This document shows, in pieces, positions 51,469 through 63,303 of a DNA stretch of 64,000 nt. The stretch's first letter is position 1. Every line of letters begins with the position of its first letter. The stretch is from an uncultured Planctomycetota bacterium. GTDB lineage: Bacteria; Planctomycetota; Planctomycetia; Isosphaerales; Isosphaeraceae. Where the stretch lies: the NCBI GenBank assembly GCA_963737655.1, contig CAVTTN010000002.1:5376001-5440000 (forward strand), given 5' to 3'. The notes beneath the pieces are model-generated. The model had not been told where the DNA came from. It worked only from the letters and a program-made list of their open reading frames with translations, and searched no databases. Both the position numbers and the translations under genes were made by a program.

Positions 51469-54400
51469 CTACTTCTTGGATTTGGCCTCCGCCGATTTCA
51501 AGAGCCGGTCCAGCTCGTCCCAGAGGTTCCGCCAGTCGGCCCTCTCGGCCTCGGGGAGCTTCGCCAGGGCCTCGGGGTCGCGGACCCCGGCGAGGTCGGG
51601 GTCGGTCCGCCAGAACCGGAGCCTCTGCGCGGTCGTCGCCGCGGCCTTGGGGTCGGACTCCAGGAGCTTCGCCCAGGAGTCCAGGTCGTCGCGGAGCCAG
51701 CCCAGGGCCCGGAGCCTCAGCGCGTCCCGGGCGGAGTCGTCGGGCTTCGGGTCGTCCTTGCCTTGCCCGCACCCGGCCAGGGCGGCGGCGCAGGCGGCGT
51801 TGTAACGATGGACCCGGCGAGGATCGGCGGCGAGCTTCGGGTCGGCCGCCAGCGCCTCGCCCTCGAGCCGGGCGGCGGCGGCGAAGCGTCTGGTCTCGAC
51901 GGCCATCGTGGCGAAGTCGAGCCGCTCGGCATTGTCGGCCGGCTCGGCCCGGCCGCCCAGGACCTCCGGCAGGCGGTCGGCCAGCCGGGCGAACCGCTCG
52001 CACTGGGCGAGCCACTGGGCCGACGGATACGGCCAGTCGGGCTGCTTTGTGCCGAACTTGTGCCCCTCACGGATCGCCAGGAGCGCCCCGGCGAACTCGC
52101 CCTGGCGCCGGAGGACTCGCGAGAGGTTGCAGTAGGCCTCGGCGAAATCGGCCCGGATGCGGGCCGCCTCCCGGTAGGAGGCCGCGGCGCCGGCGAGGTC
52201 GCCCGCGTCCGTCAGGGCATTGGCGAGGATGAATCGGGCGTGGGCGTACCCGGGATCGAGCTCGACCGCCCTGGCGCCCTCGGCGACGGCCCCGGCCGTG
52301 TCGCCCAACTGGAGCAAGTTCACGCTCAGGTTCATGTGATGCCTGGCGTACCTGGGTTCGAGCCGGGCGGCCTCGGCGTAGGCCCGGGCGGCGCCGGCCG
52401 GGTCGCGCGACTCGTACAATTCGAAGCCCAGTTTCGAATAGGCCTCGGCGTAGTCGGGCTGAAGGCGCGTCGCCTCGCGATACGCCTCGGTCGCCCCGGG
52501 CCTGTCGCCCGCCTCGCGGAGGGTGTCTCCCAGCTCGAGGCGGAATCGGGCCAGGCCGGGGGCGAGTTCGATGGCCTGTCGCAGGGCGGCCAGGGCCCCG
52601 GCGGGGTCCTTCTTCTGGCGGAGGACGGCCGCGAGATTGGCGGGGCCCCAGGCGTCCTCTTGGTCGAGGAGCATGGCCTCGCGGAAGGCGGCCTCGGCGC
52701 CGTCGAGGTCGCCCGAGACGTTCAGGGCATAGCCGAGCCAGACGCGGGTGCTGGCGGAATCGGGCGCGAGCCGGACCGCCTCGCGACACTCGGCGACCGC
52801 CCCGGCCCGATCGCCCGAGGCGATCAGGGCCCAGCCCAGTTCCCCCCGGGCCAGGGCGCTGTCGGGACGGATCGCCACGGCGGCCGTCAGGAAGCGCACG
52901 GCCTCCGTGGCGCGGGGGTAGAGCTGCTGAGGCGTCCCGGCCCCCTGGCCCGGGACGTCGGCGAGCCCGATGTTGACCCAGAAGTCGCCCGGGAACCGCC
53001 GCCAGGCCCGCCGCAAGACCGCCTCCGCGCGCACCGCGTCGCCCACGTTCGTGAGCTGCCGAGCGAGGAGGAGCAGGCTGGCCGCGGGCTGAGCATCCAG
53101 GCTCCGGGCGTCGTCGGCCAGGGCGTGGAAGACCGCGGCGGCCGTCTCGTCGCGGGCCGCGAGCTTCGCCCTCAGGGCGTCGCGCCACGGGTCGTCGTCG
53201 GCCGACCGCGCCGCGTCCACCAGCCGCCGCCAGGCCGCCTCGGGACGACTGGCCTTGTCGCGGGCCCAGATCCAGTCGTCGAGGTAGGCGATCAGCTCGT
53301 CCGGAGCGGTCCGCCCCCGGACCCACTTCCCGGCCGCCGACGGATCGACGGAGTCGATGTCCAGCCCGGCGGCGCGGAAGGCCGCCGCGTACGCGACGTC
53401 GGTCCGCCTCAAGTCGCCCGCCCGTCCCGCCTCGGCCCGGATCGCTTCCAGGATGTCCAGGAACTTGCGATCGGCCTCGACCTCGTGCCGCCGCGCCTCC
53501 AGCTCGGCGACCCTCCCGGCCACGCGCCTCCTCAGCGGCTCGTCGGCCTCGCCCTGGGCCAGCAGGCCTTCGGCCCGTCTCGCGGCGTCGAGGGCCGCGG
53601 CCCATTTGACCGGGTCGCCGCGCTCGCCGTTGGCCTCGCCGGCCAGCCGGGACGCATCGGCCAGGGCCCCATCGACGGCCCGGGTCGTGCGCTCGACCCG
53701 CCCGGCCCTCTGCGACCGGGCCCAGGCCAGCCCGCCCGCCCCGGCGGCGATCAAGACCACGGCCGCCGCGGCGGCCACGGTCGTCATCCGCCTGCGGGCC
53801 CTCTCCTCGACGCTCGCCAGCTCGGCCTTCCTGAGCCGCTCCTGGACCCCGGCGAGGTGGGCCGCGACCCGCTCGCTGACGGCCCCGGCGTCGCGCGGGC
53901 GGTCCTCGGCCTCGGCCTCCAGGCAAGCCCGGGCCAGCCCGACGAGCCCGTCGTCGATCCCGCCGGCGGCGAGCCGGGCCAGGGCGTCGGCCGTCTCGCC
54001 CCGGGCCGCCTTTCGGAGGATCTCGCCCTGGGACCGCCCCACGAACGCCGGGCGGCCGGTCAGGAGCTCGCAGAGGATCGACCCCAGCGCGAAGACGTCG
54101 GCCCTCTCGTCGATCGCCTCGACCTCGCCTCGGGCCTGCTCCGGGGCCATGTAGCTGGGCGTCCCCATCGCCGAGCCGGCCCGCGACTGGTCGGAGTCCG
54201 CGCCCCCGCTCGAACGGGCCGTGGCCACGACCGTCTCGGGCTCGGCCGGACGCCCGGCCCGGACGTCGTCCTCGGCCCCCCCTCGGCGGAGGACCTTGGC
54301 GAGGCCCCAGTCCATCACCTGGACCTCGCCGAACGCCCCGACCATCACGTTCGACGGCTTCAAATCGCGGTGGATCACGCCCCGGGCGTGGGCATAGGCC

Positions 54401-55053
54401 ACCGTCTGGCAGACGTGCTCGAAGATCCCGAGGAACCGCGGCAGCCCCTCGGCCGGGGACGGCCTGGCCGCCAGGAGGCCCGCGAGCGTCTGCCCCTTGA
54501 CCAGCTTCATCGAGAAATACGGCCGGCGGTCGGCGAAGGTGCCGAGCTCGTAGATCGGGACGACCCCGGGATGCTGCAACTGGCCGCCGATCTGGGCCTC
54601 CTCGACGAACCGGCGGACGAGCTCGGGGTCGTCGCGGTGCTTCTCCAGGAGGACCTTGACGGCCAGGTCGCGGCCGAGGTCCTCGTCCCGGCCCTTGAGG
54701 ACGGCCCCCATGCCGCCCCGGGCGATCTCGCCGAGGAGCCGGAGCCGCGGAGGCCGGTCCCCCGGCTCGGGCATCTCGGGCGAACTCGGGCGAAAGACCG
54801 GCGGCTCGGCACCCGTGTCGGTGTCGCGGAGGAGGACCCGGGGCACCGGGCCGACCGACGCGGCGAGCACCTCCAGGACCCCCTCCGGGCCCGACCGATC
54901 GATCGTGGTCCCGATCTCCTCGGCTTGCCAGACGGTCGGAGACTCGTCGTCCGGCTCGGGCCCGACCCGGCATCGCGGGCACGGGCCTCCGAGGGAGCTC
55001 GCGGGCCTCGTGGCGCCGCAGGACGGGCAGGGATCGGGCAGGTCGTCGGCCAT
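51469..55053 (-). CDS. Ser/Thr protein kinase with N-terminal Cys cluster, TM helix and TPR repeats
   Basis: [36 protein letters not shown]; multiple TPRs. Confidence 0.92.
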   Translation of the reverse strand: MADDLPDPCPSCGATRPASSLGGPCPRCRVGPEPDDESPTVWQAEEIGTTIDRSGPEGVLEVLAASVGPVPRVLLRDTDTGAEPPVFRPSSPEMPEPGDRPPRLRLLGEIARGGMGAVLKGRDEDLGRDLAVKVLLEKHRDDPELVRRFVEEAQIGGQLQHPGVVPIYELGTFADRRPYFSMKLVKGQTLAGLLAARPSPAEGLPRFLGIFEHVCQTVAYAHARGVIHRDLKPSNVMVGAFGEVQVMDWGLAKVLRRGGAEDDVRAGRPAEPETVVATARSSGGADSDQSRAGSAMGTPSYMAPEQARGEVEAIDERADVFALGSILCELLTGRPAFVGRSQGEILRKAARGETADALARLAAGGIDDGLVGLARACLEAEAEDRPRDAGAVSERVAAHLAGVQERLRKAELASVEERARRRMTTVAAAAAVVLIAAGAGGLAWARSQRAGRVERTTRAVDGALADASRLAGEANGERGDPVKWAAALDAARRAEGLLAQGEADEPLRRRVAGRVAELEARRHEVEADRKFLDILEAIRAEAGRAGDLRRTDVAYAAAFRAAGLDIDSVDPSAAGKWVRGRTAPDELIAYLDDWIWARDKASRPEAAWRRLVDAARSADDDPWRDALRAKLAARDETAAAVFHALADDARSLDAQPAASLLLLARQLTNVGDAVRAEAVLRRAWRRFPGDFWVNIGLADVPGQGAGTPQQLYPRATEAVRFLTAAVAIRPDSALARGELGWALIASGDRAGAVAECREAVRLAPDSASTRVWLGYALNVSGDLDGAEAAFREAMLLDQEDAWGPANLAAVLRQKKDPAGALAALRQAIELAPGLARFRLELGDTLREAGDRPGATEAYREATRLQPDYAEAYSKLGFELYESRDPAGAARAYAEAARLEPRYARHHMNLSVNLLQLGDTAGAVAEGARAVELDPGYAHARFILANALTDAGDLAGAAASYREAARIRADFAEAYCNLSRVLRRQGEFAGALLAIREGHKFGTKQPDWPYPSAQWLAQCERFARLADRLPEVLGGRAEPADNAERLDFATMAVETRRFAAAARLEGEALAADPKLAADPRRVHRYNAACAAALAGCGQGKDDPKPDDSARDALRLRALGWLRDDLDSWAKLLESDPKAAATTAQRLRFWRTDPDLAGVRDPEALAKLPEAERADWRNLWDELDRLLKSAEAKSKK

Positions 55054-55471
55054 CGGGGAGGCGCTCCCGGTCGCGAACGCGGGCGGGTCTCGGCTTCGGT
55101 CCCAGGTATTGTTGCCGAAGCCCGCCACGAGGGCGACGGTTTTCCCTCACCCCGGCCGACGGTCCCGCCATCGATCCCCCCTCGGAGCCCGGGTCGGTGC
55201 CCCGGATCGGCCCAGATCGCCCCGGCGGCCGGGTTGCCGATATGAACAGCCCTGGGTTATCCTGGAACCGCTCGCGGAGGCCCGGGACGGCACCTCCCGG
55301 GCCGGACCGCGCCGGTCCGCGCCGACTTCGCCCCACGATGAGGGCAAACGGGCCGCCCCCGACGGGACTCCCGGGATTTCCGGGAGCCGAGACGTCATCT
55401 CGCCCGAAATCAGTCCGGTCGAGACCAGACGGCCGCCTCCCCTCGCCGATGACCGCCCGAGGAACCCCCCG

Positions 55472-58400
55472 ATGGCCCGCCGCCGCCTCTCCCGAGTGCC
55501 TCGCCGCTCGACCGCCCTCCGACCTCGCGCGGAGGCCCTGGAAGATCGCGCCGTCCCGTCGGTCACGATCCAGATCGACTATTCGCACGACTCCTCCGGC
55601 TTCTTCGCCGCGAACCCGGCGGCGAAGGCCGTGTTGCAGGAGGCGGCGCAGATGCTCGGCGCCCCCCTGAACGACGCCCTCTCGGCGATCAGCCCGAACC
55701 CGGGGATCGGCAACACGTGGACGGCCTCCACGTTCGACCCGAGCAACCCCTCGAATACCCTCAGCCTGACCAACCCGAACATCCCGGCGAACACGATCGT
55801 GGTTTATGCGGGGGCTCGAACCTGAAGGCGCTGTTCGGGGATACCGGGCTGGGCGGTCCGGGCGGGTACGGTGCCTCGGGCTCGGCGGCCTGGCTGAGCG
55901 ACGTCGGCGGCCGAGGGCAGGCCGGCGCCCTGGCCTCCCCCGCGACGGATTTCGGCCCGTGGGGCGGCTCGGTCACGTTCGACGACGCCCAGACCAACTG
56001 GAGCTTCGTCGGCACCGGCGGGACGCCCGGCCCCGGCCAGGTCGATTTCCTCCCCGTCGCGATCCACGAGCTCGGCCACGTCCTGGGCATCGGCGACGCC
56101 GGCTCCTGGCCGACCTATGTCGATTCGAAGGATCACCTGTTCACGGGCCCGCATGCCTCCGCGTCCTACGGGTCGGCCGTCCCTCTGTATCCGGGAGGCG
56201 TCGCGGGCGAGCCGACGCCGGACAACCACTGGGCCACCGGCCTCCTCTCGTTCGGACTCACTCCGATCATGGAGATCGACGCCGGCAACGGCGCGACCCG
56301 GCAATTCACGTCGCTGGACTGGGCCGGGCTCGCCGATATCGGCTGGTCGATCGACGCCCCGAGCGTGACCGGCGAGCCGCCGAGCCTGGTGACCGTCGGC
56401 GCCGGGTTCGGGCTGACCGTCGCGATCGAGGACCCCGACGGCCACCTCGACACCACCTTCACCGGCCCCGTCACGCTCTCCCTGGCCAGCAACCCCGCCG
56501 GCGCGACCCTCGGCGGGACGCTCACGATGAACGCGGTCCATGGCCTGGCCACGTTCTCCGGGCTGTCGCTGAACAAGGCCGGCGCCGGGGCGACGATCGC
56601 CGCCTCGGCCGCCGATTTCCCCTCGACGACCACGTCGGCCATCGCCGCGACACCCCTCGGCCAGGCCACGAAGCTCGTCGTGACGACCCCTCCGCCGTCC
56701 AGCGTCCAGGCCGGCTCCGGCTTCGGCCTGACGGCCCAGGCCGAGGACTCGTTCGGCACGCTCGACCCGACCTTCGCGGGAACCGTCTCGCTCGGGCTCG
56801 GCGCGAACCCGGGGAACGACGCGATCGCCGGGACCGTCTCGGCCGTGGCCTCGGGCGGAAAGGCCACGTTCTCCGGGCTCTCGCTGGTGAAGGCGGCCCC
56901 GGGCTACGCGATCTCGGCCTCGGCGACCGGCGGATTGTCGCCCGGTGCGTCCTCGCCGTTCGCGGTGACGCCCGCTCCGGCCTCGTCGCTGGTCGTCTCG
57001 GCCGGGCCGCCGTCGAGCGTCCTCGCCGGCAATGACTTCGCGCTGACGGTCTCGGCCGATGATCCCTTCGGCAACCTCGACACCAACTTCGCCGGGACCG
57101 TCTCGCTCGCCCTGGCGAGCAACCCGGCCGGGGCGACCCTCGGGGGGACGCTCTCCCGGAAGGCCGCCGGAGGGATCGCGAGCTTCCCCGGCCTCACGCT
57201 CGACGCGACCGGCGCCGGCTTCACGATCGGGGCGACCGCGCCGGGCCTGTCCGGGACCACCACGGGGGCCGTGTCGGTCGTCTCGTCGCTCGCCCCGTCG
57301 ATCTCGATCCTGTTCGACGATTCGCACGACACCTCCGGCTTCTTCGCCGCGAACCCGGCGGCCAAGACCGTGCTGGAGGAGGCCGGTCAGATCCTCGGAT
57401 CGCAGCTGCATGACGCTCTCGCCGCGATCGTCCCCTCCGGCGGGAATTCCTGGTCCGTGAGCCTCCTCGACCCGAGCCACCCGACCTCGGGCACGGGCCT
57501 GACGATCGACAACCCGACGATCCCGGCGAACACGATCGTGATCGACGTGGGCGGCTTCACCTCAACCCCGGGCGTCTTTTCCACGTTCTGGGGCTTGCCG
57601 GGTTATTCCTATCAAGGCTCGACCGAGTGGGGCAACCTGATCGCCTCGCGAGGTCAAAGCGGAGCCCTGGCCAGTCCCGCGACCGACTTCGGCCCGTTCG
57701 GGGGCGCGATCGCCTTCGGTTCCGGGACCAACTGGAGCTTCTCCGGGACCGGAGGCACGCCCGGCCCCGGCCAGTATGACTTCTTGACCGCCGCCCTCGA
57801 AGACCTCGGCAACCTCCTCGGGATCGGCACCGCCGCCTCCTGGGCCGCCCAGGTCAACGGCTCTCACCAGCTCACCGGCCCCCACGCCGAGGCCGCGAAT
57901 TCCGGGGCGCCGGTGCCCCTGGCCTCCAGCAACACCTTCTTCGCCTCCGGCCTGCTCTCCAATGGGAACGAGCCGGCGATGGACGGCGCGATCTCGACCG
58001 GGTCGCGGAAGGCGTTCACCTCGCTCGACTGGGCGGCCCTCCAGGACGTCGGCTGGACGATCGACAACCTCGTCGTGACCGCGCAGCCCCCTCCGACGAT
58101 CTCGGCGCCCGGGACCGGATTCGGCCTGACCGTCTCCGCCGAGGACCCCACCGGCCATCTCGACCCGACCTTCCAGGGCACGATCACGCTCGCCCTCGGC
58201 CACAACCCGAGCGGTGCATCGCTCGGCGGGACCGTCTCGGTCAAGGCGATCCACGGCCAGGCGAGCTTCTCGGGATTGACGCTCGATCAGGCCGGGCAAG
58301 GCGTCACGATCCTCGCCGGCAACGCGACCCTCGGCGCGACGGTGACGACGGCCCCGTTCGCCGTGACCTCGCCCAGCGCCGCCACTCATCTCGTCGTCAC

Positions 58401-60990
58401 GTCGCAACCGCCCTCGAGCGTCGCCTCCGGGAGCGGCTTCGGCCTGATGGTCTCGGCCGAGGACGGTTCGAACCACGTCGATCCGAACTACTCGGGCCCG
58501 GTCACGATCGCCCTGGCGAACGACCCGGCGAGCGGCTCTCTCGGAGGGACGCTCACGGCGATGGCCTCTCACGGGGTCGCCACGTTCGCGGGCCTCTCGC
58601 TCGACAAGGCCGCTCCGGGCTACTCGCTCTCCGCAACCGCCGCGGGCCTCGCCTCGGCGACCTCGTCCGCAATCACCGTGACCTCGGCGGCGGCGAGCCA
58701 GCTGGTCGTCACGCTCCAACCCCCGTCAAGCCTCGCCTCCAACGGCAGCTTTGGGCTGACGATCTCCGCCGAGGACGCGGCGGGGAACGTCGATCCCAAC
58801 TTCGTCGGCACCGTCTCCTTGGCCCTGGCGACCGGCCCGACCGGCGCGTCGCTGGGCGGGACGCTCATGGCGATGGCCTCCGCCGGTTCGGCCACGTTCG
58901 CCGGCCTCTCGCTCGACAAGGCCGGGTCCGGCTACTCGCTCCAGGCCACCGCCTCGGGCCTGGCCTCCGCGACGACCGCCTCGTTCGTCGTGACCCCCTC
59001 GCTGGTCGCCTCGCAGGCGCTCCTGTCGGCGATCCCGGCGACGCCCTCCTACGGCGATCCGGTCCACTTCACCGCGACCGTCTCGCCCAGGACCGGCGGA
59101 GGGACGCCGACCGGGACCGTCCAGTTCGCGATCGACGGCTCACCGTTCGGGCCGGCCGAGACGATCGTCGCCGGGGTCGCCACCAGCCCGACCGTCGCCT
59201 CGCTGGCGGCCGGTCCCCACACGATTTCGGCGAGCTATTCCGGCGATCCCGGCTTCTCGGGCTCGAACGCCCTCGACCTCCCGCTGAGCGTCGCCCTCGC
59301 CCCGTTGACGATCACCGCGAACTCCGCGACGAAGGGCTACGGAACGGTCAATCCGGCCTTCTCCGCCTCCTATTCCGGGTTCGTCAACGGCCAGGGACCG
59401 GCCGACCTGACCGGCTCGCCGAGCTTCCAGACCCCGGCCTCCTCCGGCAGTCACGCCGGGGATTATCCCATCAGCGTCTCCGGTTTTTCTTCGAAAAACT
59501 ACGCGATCACGTTCCGATCCGGTACGCTCTCCGTGACTCCGGCCCCTCTGGCGATCGTCGCCGACTCGCAGGCGAAAACCTACGGCGCCGCCAATCCCTC
59601 GCCGACCGAATCGTTCGTCGGCTTCGTGGGCAGCGACTCGGCCGCGAGCCTGGCCTCTCCTCCGATCGTGACGACCCCCGCCACCCCCGCCAGCCACGCC
59701 GGTTCGTACCCGATCGCGGTTTCGGGGGCCTCGTCGAGCGATTACGCCATCACGTATCAGGACTCGACGCTGACGATCACGCCCGCCCCGCTGACGATCT
59801 CGGCCGACTCGAAGAACCGCCCCTACGGCGCCCCCAATCCCCCGCTGACCGCCTCGTATTCCGGGTTCGTCAACGGCGATTCCCCGGCGTCGCTCTCGAC
59901 CCCGGCGACGCTCTCCACCACCGCGACGGCCGCCAGCCACGTGGGTTCCTACCCGATCAGCGTTTCGGGCGGCTCGTCCGGCGATTATTCGATCACGTTC
60001 GCACCCGGCACGCTCCGGATCACGCCCGCCCCATTGACCATCGCCGCCGGCGACTCGACGAAGCCCTACGGGTCGGCCCTCCCGCCCCTCTCGGCGACCT
60101 ATTCGGGCCTCGTCGATGGCGACACCGCGGCGTCGCTCTCGGCCCCGGTCGCCCTCGCCACCTCGGCGACGGCCGCGAGCCACGTCGGGGCCTACCCGAT
60201 CACCGCATCCGGGGCAACATCGGCCGATTATGCGATCACGTTCGCACCCGGGACGCTTCGTGTGACCCCCGCCCCGCTGACGATCTCGGCCGACGCCGCC
60301 TCGGGGGTCTCCGGGTCGGCCCTCCCCGCGCTCGCCGCCTCGTATTTCGGGTTCGTCAACGGCGACGGCCCCGCCTCCCTCGCGACGCCCGCGATCGCCT
60401 CGACCTCGGCCTCGCCCGCCAGCCCCGCCGGCTCGTATCCGATCGAGGTCGGCGGAGCCTCGTCACCCGATTACGTCATCACCTATCAACCCGGCGTCCT
60501 GACCCTCCAGGCCGCGATCACCACGCCCCCCGCGGCCCCTCCTCCGGTGATCGTCTCCGGGCTTCAGGTGACCCGGGCGAAGAAGGCGATTGGAGCGATC
60601 GTCGTCCAGTTCAGCGGCGACGTCAACGCCGCCTCCGCCGGGGCGTTCTCGATCGTCTCGGGCAAGAAGGTCAAAAAGAAAGGGATCGTGTATACCAAGA
60701 ACGTCCCGATCGCCTCCGCCTCGTATGATCCGGCGACCCACCGCCTCTCGCTGAGCCTCAAGAAGGCGGTGCCTGCGACCACGCCGCTCCAGCTCACGAT
60801 CCGCTCCGGGGCCGTGACCGACGCCTCGGGCCGCGCGATCGACGGCAACCGCGACGGCCAGGCCGGAGGCGACTTCGTCGCCCAGTTCGGCGCCGGCGGC
60901 CTCTCCCTCGCCGCGCCGTCCGTCGCCGTCGATGCCCTCCTCGCGAGCGGCCTCCGATCGCATCGGGGAGCGGGATCGGTCCGCCGATGA
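55472..60990 (+). CDS. Giant extracellular protein: LEPR-XLL-like leader, two zinc-protease-like domains, Ig-like repeats, MBG repeats (frameshift at ~55810, probably a sequencing error)
   Basis: EALEDRAVPS; HELGHVLG; repeated LTVSAED..G..D..F.G.V.L.L units; repeated PAPLTI.A...K.YG...SYSGFVNGD units; missing G in run 55810-55814. Confidence 0.82.
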
Positions 60991-61080
60991 CGCGGAGGGA
61001 CGCAGATAGAAAAATTTTGTGAAATTTTGATTTGATCTGCGTCCCTCCGCGTCATCGGCGGACCGATCCCGCTCCCCGAT
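60962..61080. repeat. Perfect 46-bp inverted repeat (CGCAGAT family) with AT-rich spacer
   Basis: 60962-61007 is the exact reverse complement of 61035-61080. Confidence 0.9.
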
Positions 61081-61146
61081 CGCACCCGAACTCCGGATCG
61101 GTTAGAATCGGCCCGATCGCCCCGCCCTCCCGAGGTCCATCCCGCC

Positions 61147-63291
61147 ATGAGGACCGCCCTCCTCCTCCTTCTGGTCGCCGCCCCGTCCGATGACGACGTG
61201 GCGTTCTTCGAGGCGAAGGTCCGGCCCGTGCTCGTCCGCCGGTGCGAGAAGTGCCACGGCGAGGCGAAGCAGGAAGGCGCCTTGAGACTCGACCGCCGAT
61301 CGGGCTGGGAGCGCGGAGGCGACTCCGGCCCGGCCATCGTCCCCGGCAAGCCCGACGAGAGCCGGCTCGTCCGGGCCGTCCGCCACGTCGACGCCGACCT
61401 CAAGATGCCTCCCGACGGCAAGATCCCCGACCGAGAGGTCGAGGCCCTGGCCGAGTGGGTCCGCCGAGGCGCGATCGACCCCCGGGACGGCGGCCCCGCC
61501 CGCCTCGGCGCGATGACCGTCGAGGACGCGAGACGCTGGTGGTCGTTCCAGCCCGTGACTCGCCCCGCCGTGCCCTCGACCCGGACGCCCTCGCCGAACC
61601 CGATCGACGCGTTCGTCGCCGCCGCGCTCGAGGCGAAGGGGATGAGCCCCGCCCCTCCGGCCGACAAGCGGACGCTGATCCGTCGCGCCTCCTACGACCT
61701 GACCGGGCTGCCGCCCTCGCCCAGGGACGTCGAGGCGTTCCTCGCCGACGACTCGCCCGACGCCTTCGCGAAGGTCGTCGATCGCCTGCTCGCCTCGCCC
61801 CACTACGGAGAGCGCTGGGGCCGCAAGTGGCTCGACCTCGTCCGCTTCGCCGACACCGCGGGGGAGAACAGCGACCGCCCCCTGCCCCACGCGTGGAAGT
61901 ATCGCAACTGGGTGATCTCGGCGTTCAACCGCGACCTGCCGTATGACGAGTTCGTCCGCGACCAGATCGCCGGCGACCTCCTCGCCGCCGACGGGCCGCC
62001 CGATCAGGCCGCCGACCGGATCGTCGCCACCGGCTTCCTCGCCGTCGCCCGCCGGTTCGGCCACGACGCCGACAAGGATATGTATCTGACCTATGAAGAC
62101 GTGATCGACACGACCACGAAAAGCCTCCTGGGGCTGACCGTGGCGTGTGCGCGGTGCCATTCTCACAAGTACGATGCCATCTCGAATGAAGATTATTACG
62201 CGCTCTACGGGGTGTTCGAGAGCAGCAAGTTCAGCTTCCCCGGATGCGAGCCCAAGCCCCAGCCCCGCGACCTCGTCCCCCTGCCCGGGAAGGACTGGGC
62301 GTACGCGGTGGTCGAGGGGACGCCGAAGAATGCTCGCTTGCAGATCAAGGGCGACCCGGAGAAGCCCGGGGCGGAGGTGCCGCGACGGTGGCTCGAAGCC
62401 CTCGGCGGGGGGACGTTCGACGGGCCCGGGAGCGGCCGGAAGGCCCTGGCCGAGCGGATCGCCGACCCGAAGAACCCGCTGACGGCGCGGGTGATGGCCA
62501 ACCGCGTCTGGCAGGGGCATTTCGGCAAGGGGATCGTCCGCACGCCCAACGATCTCGGCACCCGGGGGCTCCGGCCGACCCACCCCGAATTGCTCGACTG
62601 GCTGGCGTCCGAGCTCGTCGCCTCGGGCTGGCACATCAAGCCGCTCCATCGCCTGATCATGCTCTCCGATGCCTATCAACGAGGGGGCGGGCCGCCCTCC
62701 GAGGCCGACCCCGAAGACCTCCTGTTCGCCCGGTTCGGCCGCCGGCGGCTCGACGCCGAGGAGATCCGCGACAGCCTCCTGATCATGGGGGGCAAGCTCG
62801 ACCGGACGCCCGGGGCCGCCCATCCGTTCCCTCCCGAGGCCTCCTGGGCCTTCACCCAGCACAACCCGTTCTCGGCCGACTACCCGACCGATCGCCGGGC
62901 CGTCTACCGGATGGTCCAGCGCAACCGGAGAGACCCGTTCCTCGCCCTCTTCGACGGCGCCGACCCGAACGCGACGACGCCCGAGAGGGGCGAGACCACC
63001 GTGCCGACCCAGGCCCTGTTCGTCCTGAACGACCCCTTCTTCCACGAGCAGGCCGACCACCTGGCCGACGCCCTGATGGCGACGGCCGAGGCCCCGAAAC
63101 GGGTCGATGCGGCCTTCCGGATCGCCTTCCAGAGGCCCCCCACCGCCGGCGAGCGCTCCCGGGCCGGTCGGTTCCTGGTCGAGTATGCCGCCGCCGTCCC
63201 CCCGGAGACGCCCGGAGGCCGCGACCGGGCCGCGATGGCGGCGTTCGCCCGCGTCCTCCTGGGCAGCAACGAATTCTTCTCTCTCGATTGA
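61147..63291 (+). CDS. Planctomycete cytochrome c + DUF1549/DUF1553 protein
   Basis: [53 protein letters not shown]. Confidence 0.92.
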   Translation: MRTALLLLLVAAPSDDDVAFFEAKVRPVLVRRCEKCHGEAKQEGALRLDRRSGWERGGDSGPAIVPGKPDESRLVRAVRHVDADLKMPPDGKIPDREVEALAEWVRRGAIDPRDGGPARLGAMTVEDARRWWSFQPVTRPAVPSTRTPSPNPIDAFVAAALEAKGMSPAPPADKRTLIRRASYDLTGLPPSPRDVEAFLADDSPDAFAKVVDRLLASPHYGERWGRKWLDLVRFADTAGENSDRPLPHAWKYRNWVISAFNRDLPYDEFVRDQIAGDLLAADGPPDQAADRIVATGFLAVARRFGHDADKDMYLTYEDVIDTTTKSLLGLTVACARCHSHKYDAISNEDYYALYGVFESSKFSFPGCEPKPQPRDLVPLPGKDWAYAVVEGTPKNARLQIKGDPEKPGAEVPRRWLEALGGGTFDGPGSGRKALAERIADPKNPLTARVMANRVWQGHFGKGIVRTPNDLGTRGLRPTHPELLDWLASELVASGWHIKPLHRLIMLSDAYQRGGGPPSEADPEDLLFARFGRRRLDAEEIRDSLLIMGGKLDRTPGAAHPFPPEASWAFTQHNPFSADYPTDRRAVYRMVQRNRRDPFLALFDGADPNATTPERGETTVPTQALFVLNDPFFHEQADHLADALMATAEAPKRVDAAFRIAFQRPPTAGERSRAGRFLVEYAAAVPPETPGGRDRAAMAAFARVLLGSNEFFSLD

Positions 63292-63303
63292 GGATTCGTG
63301 CTC

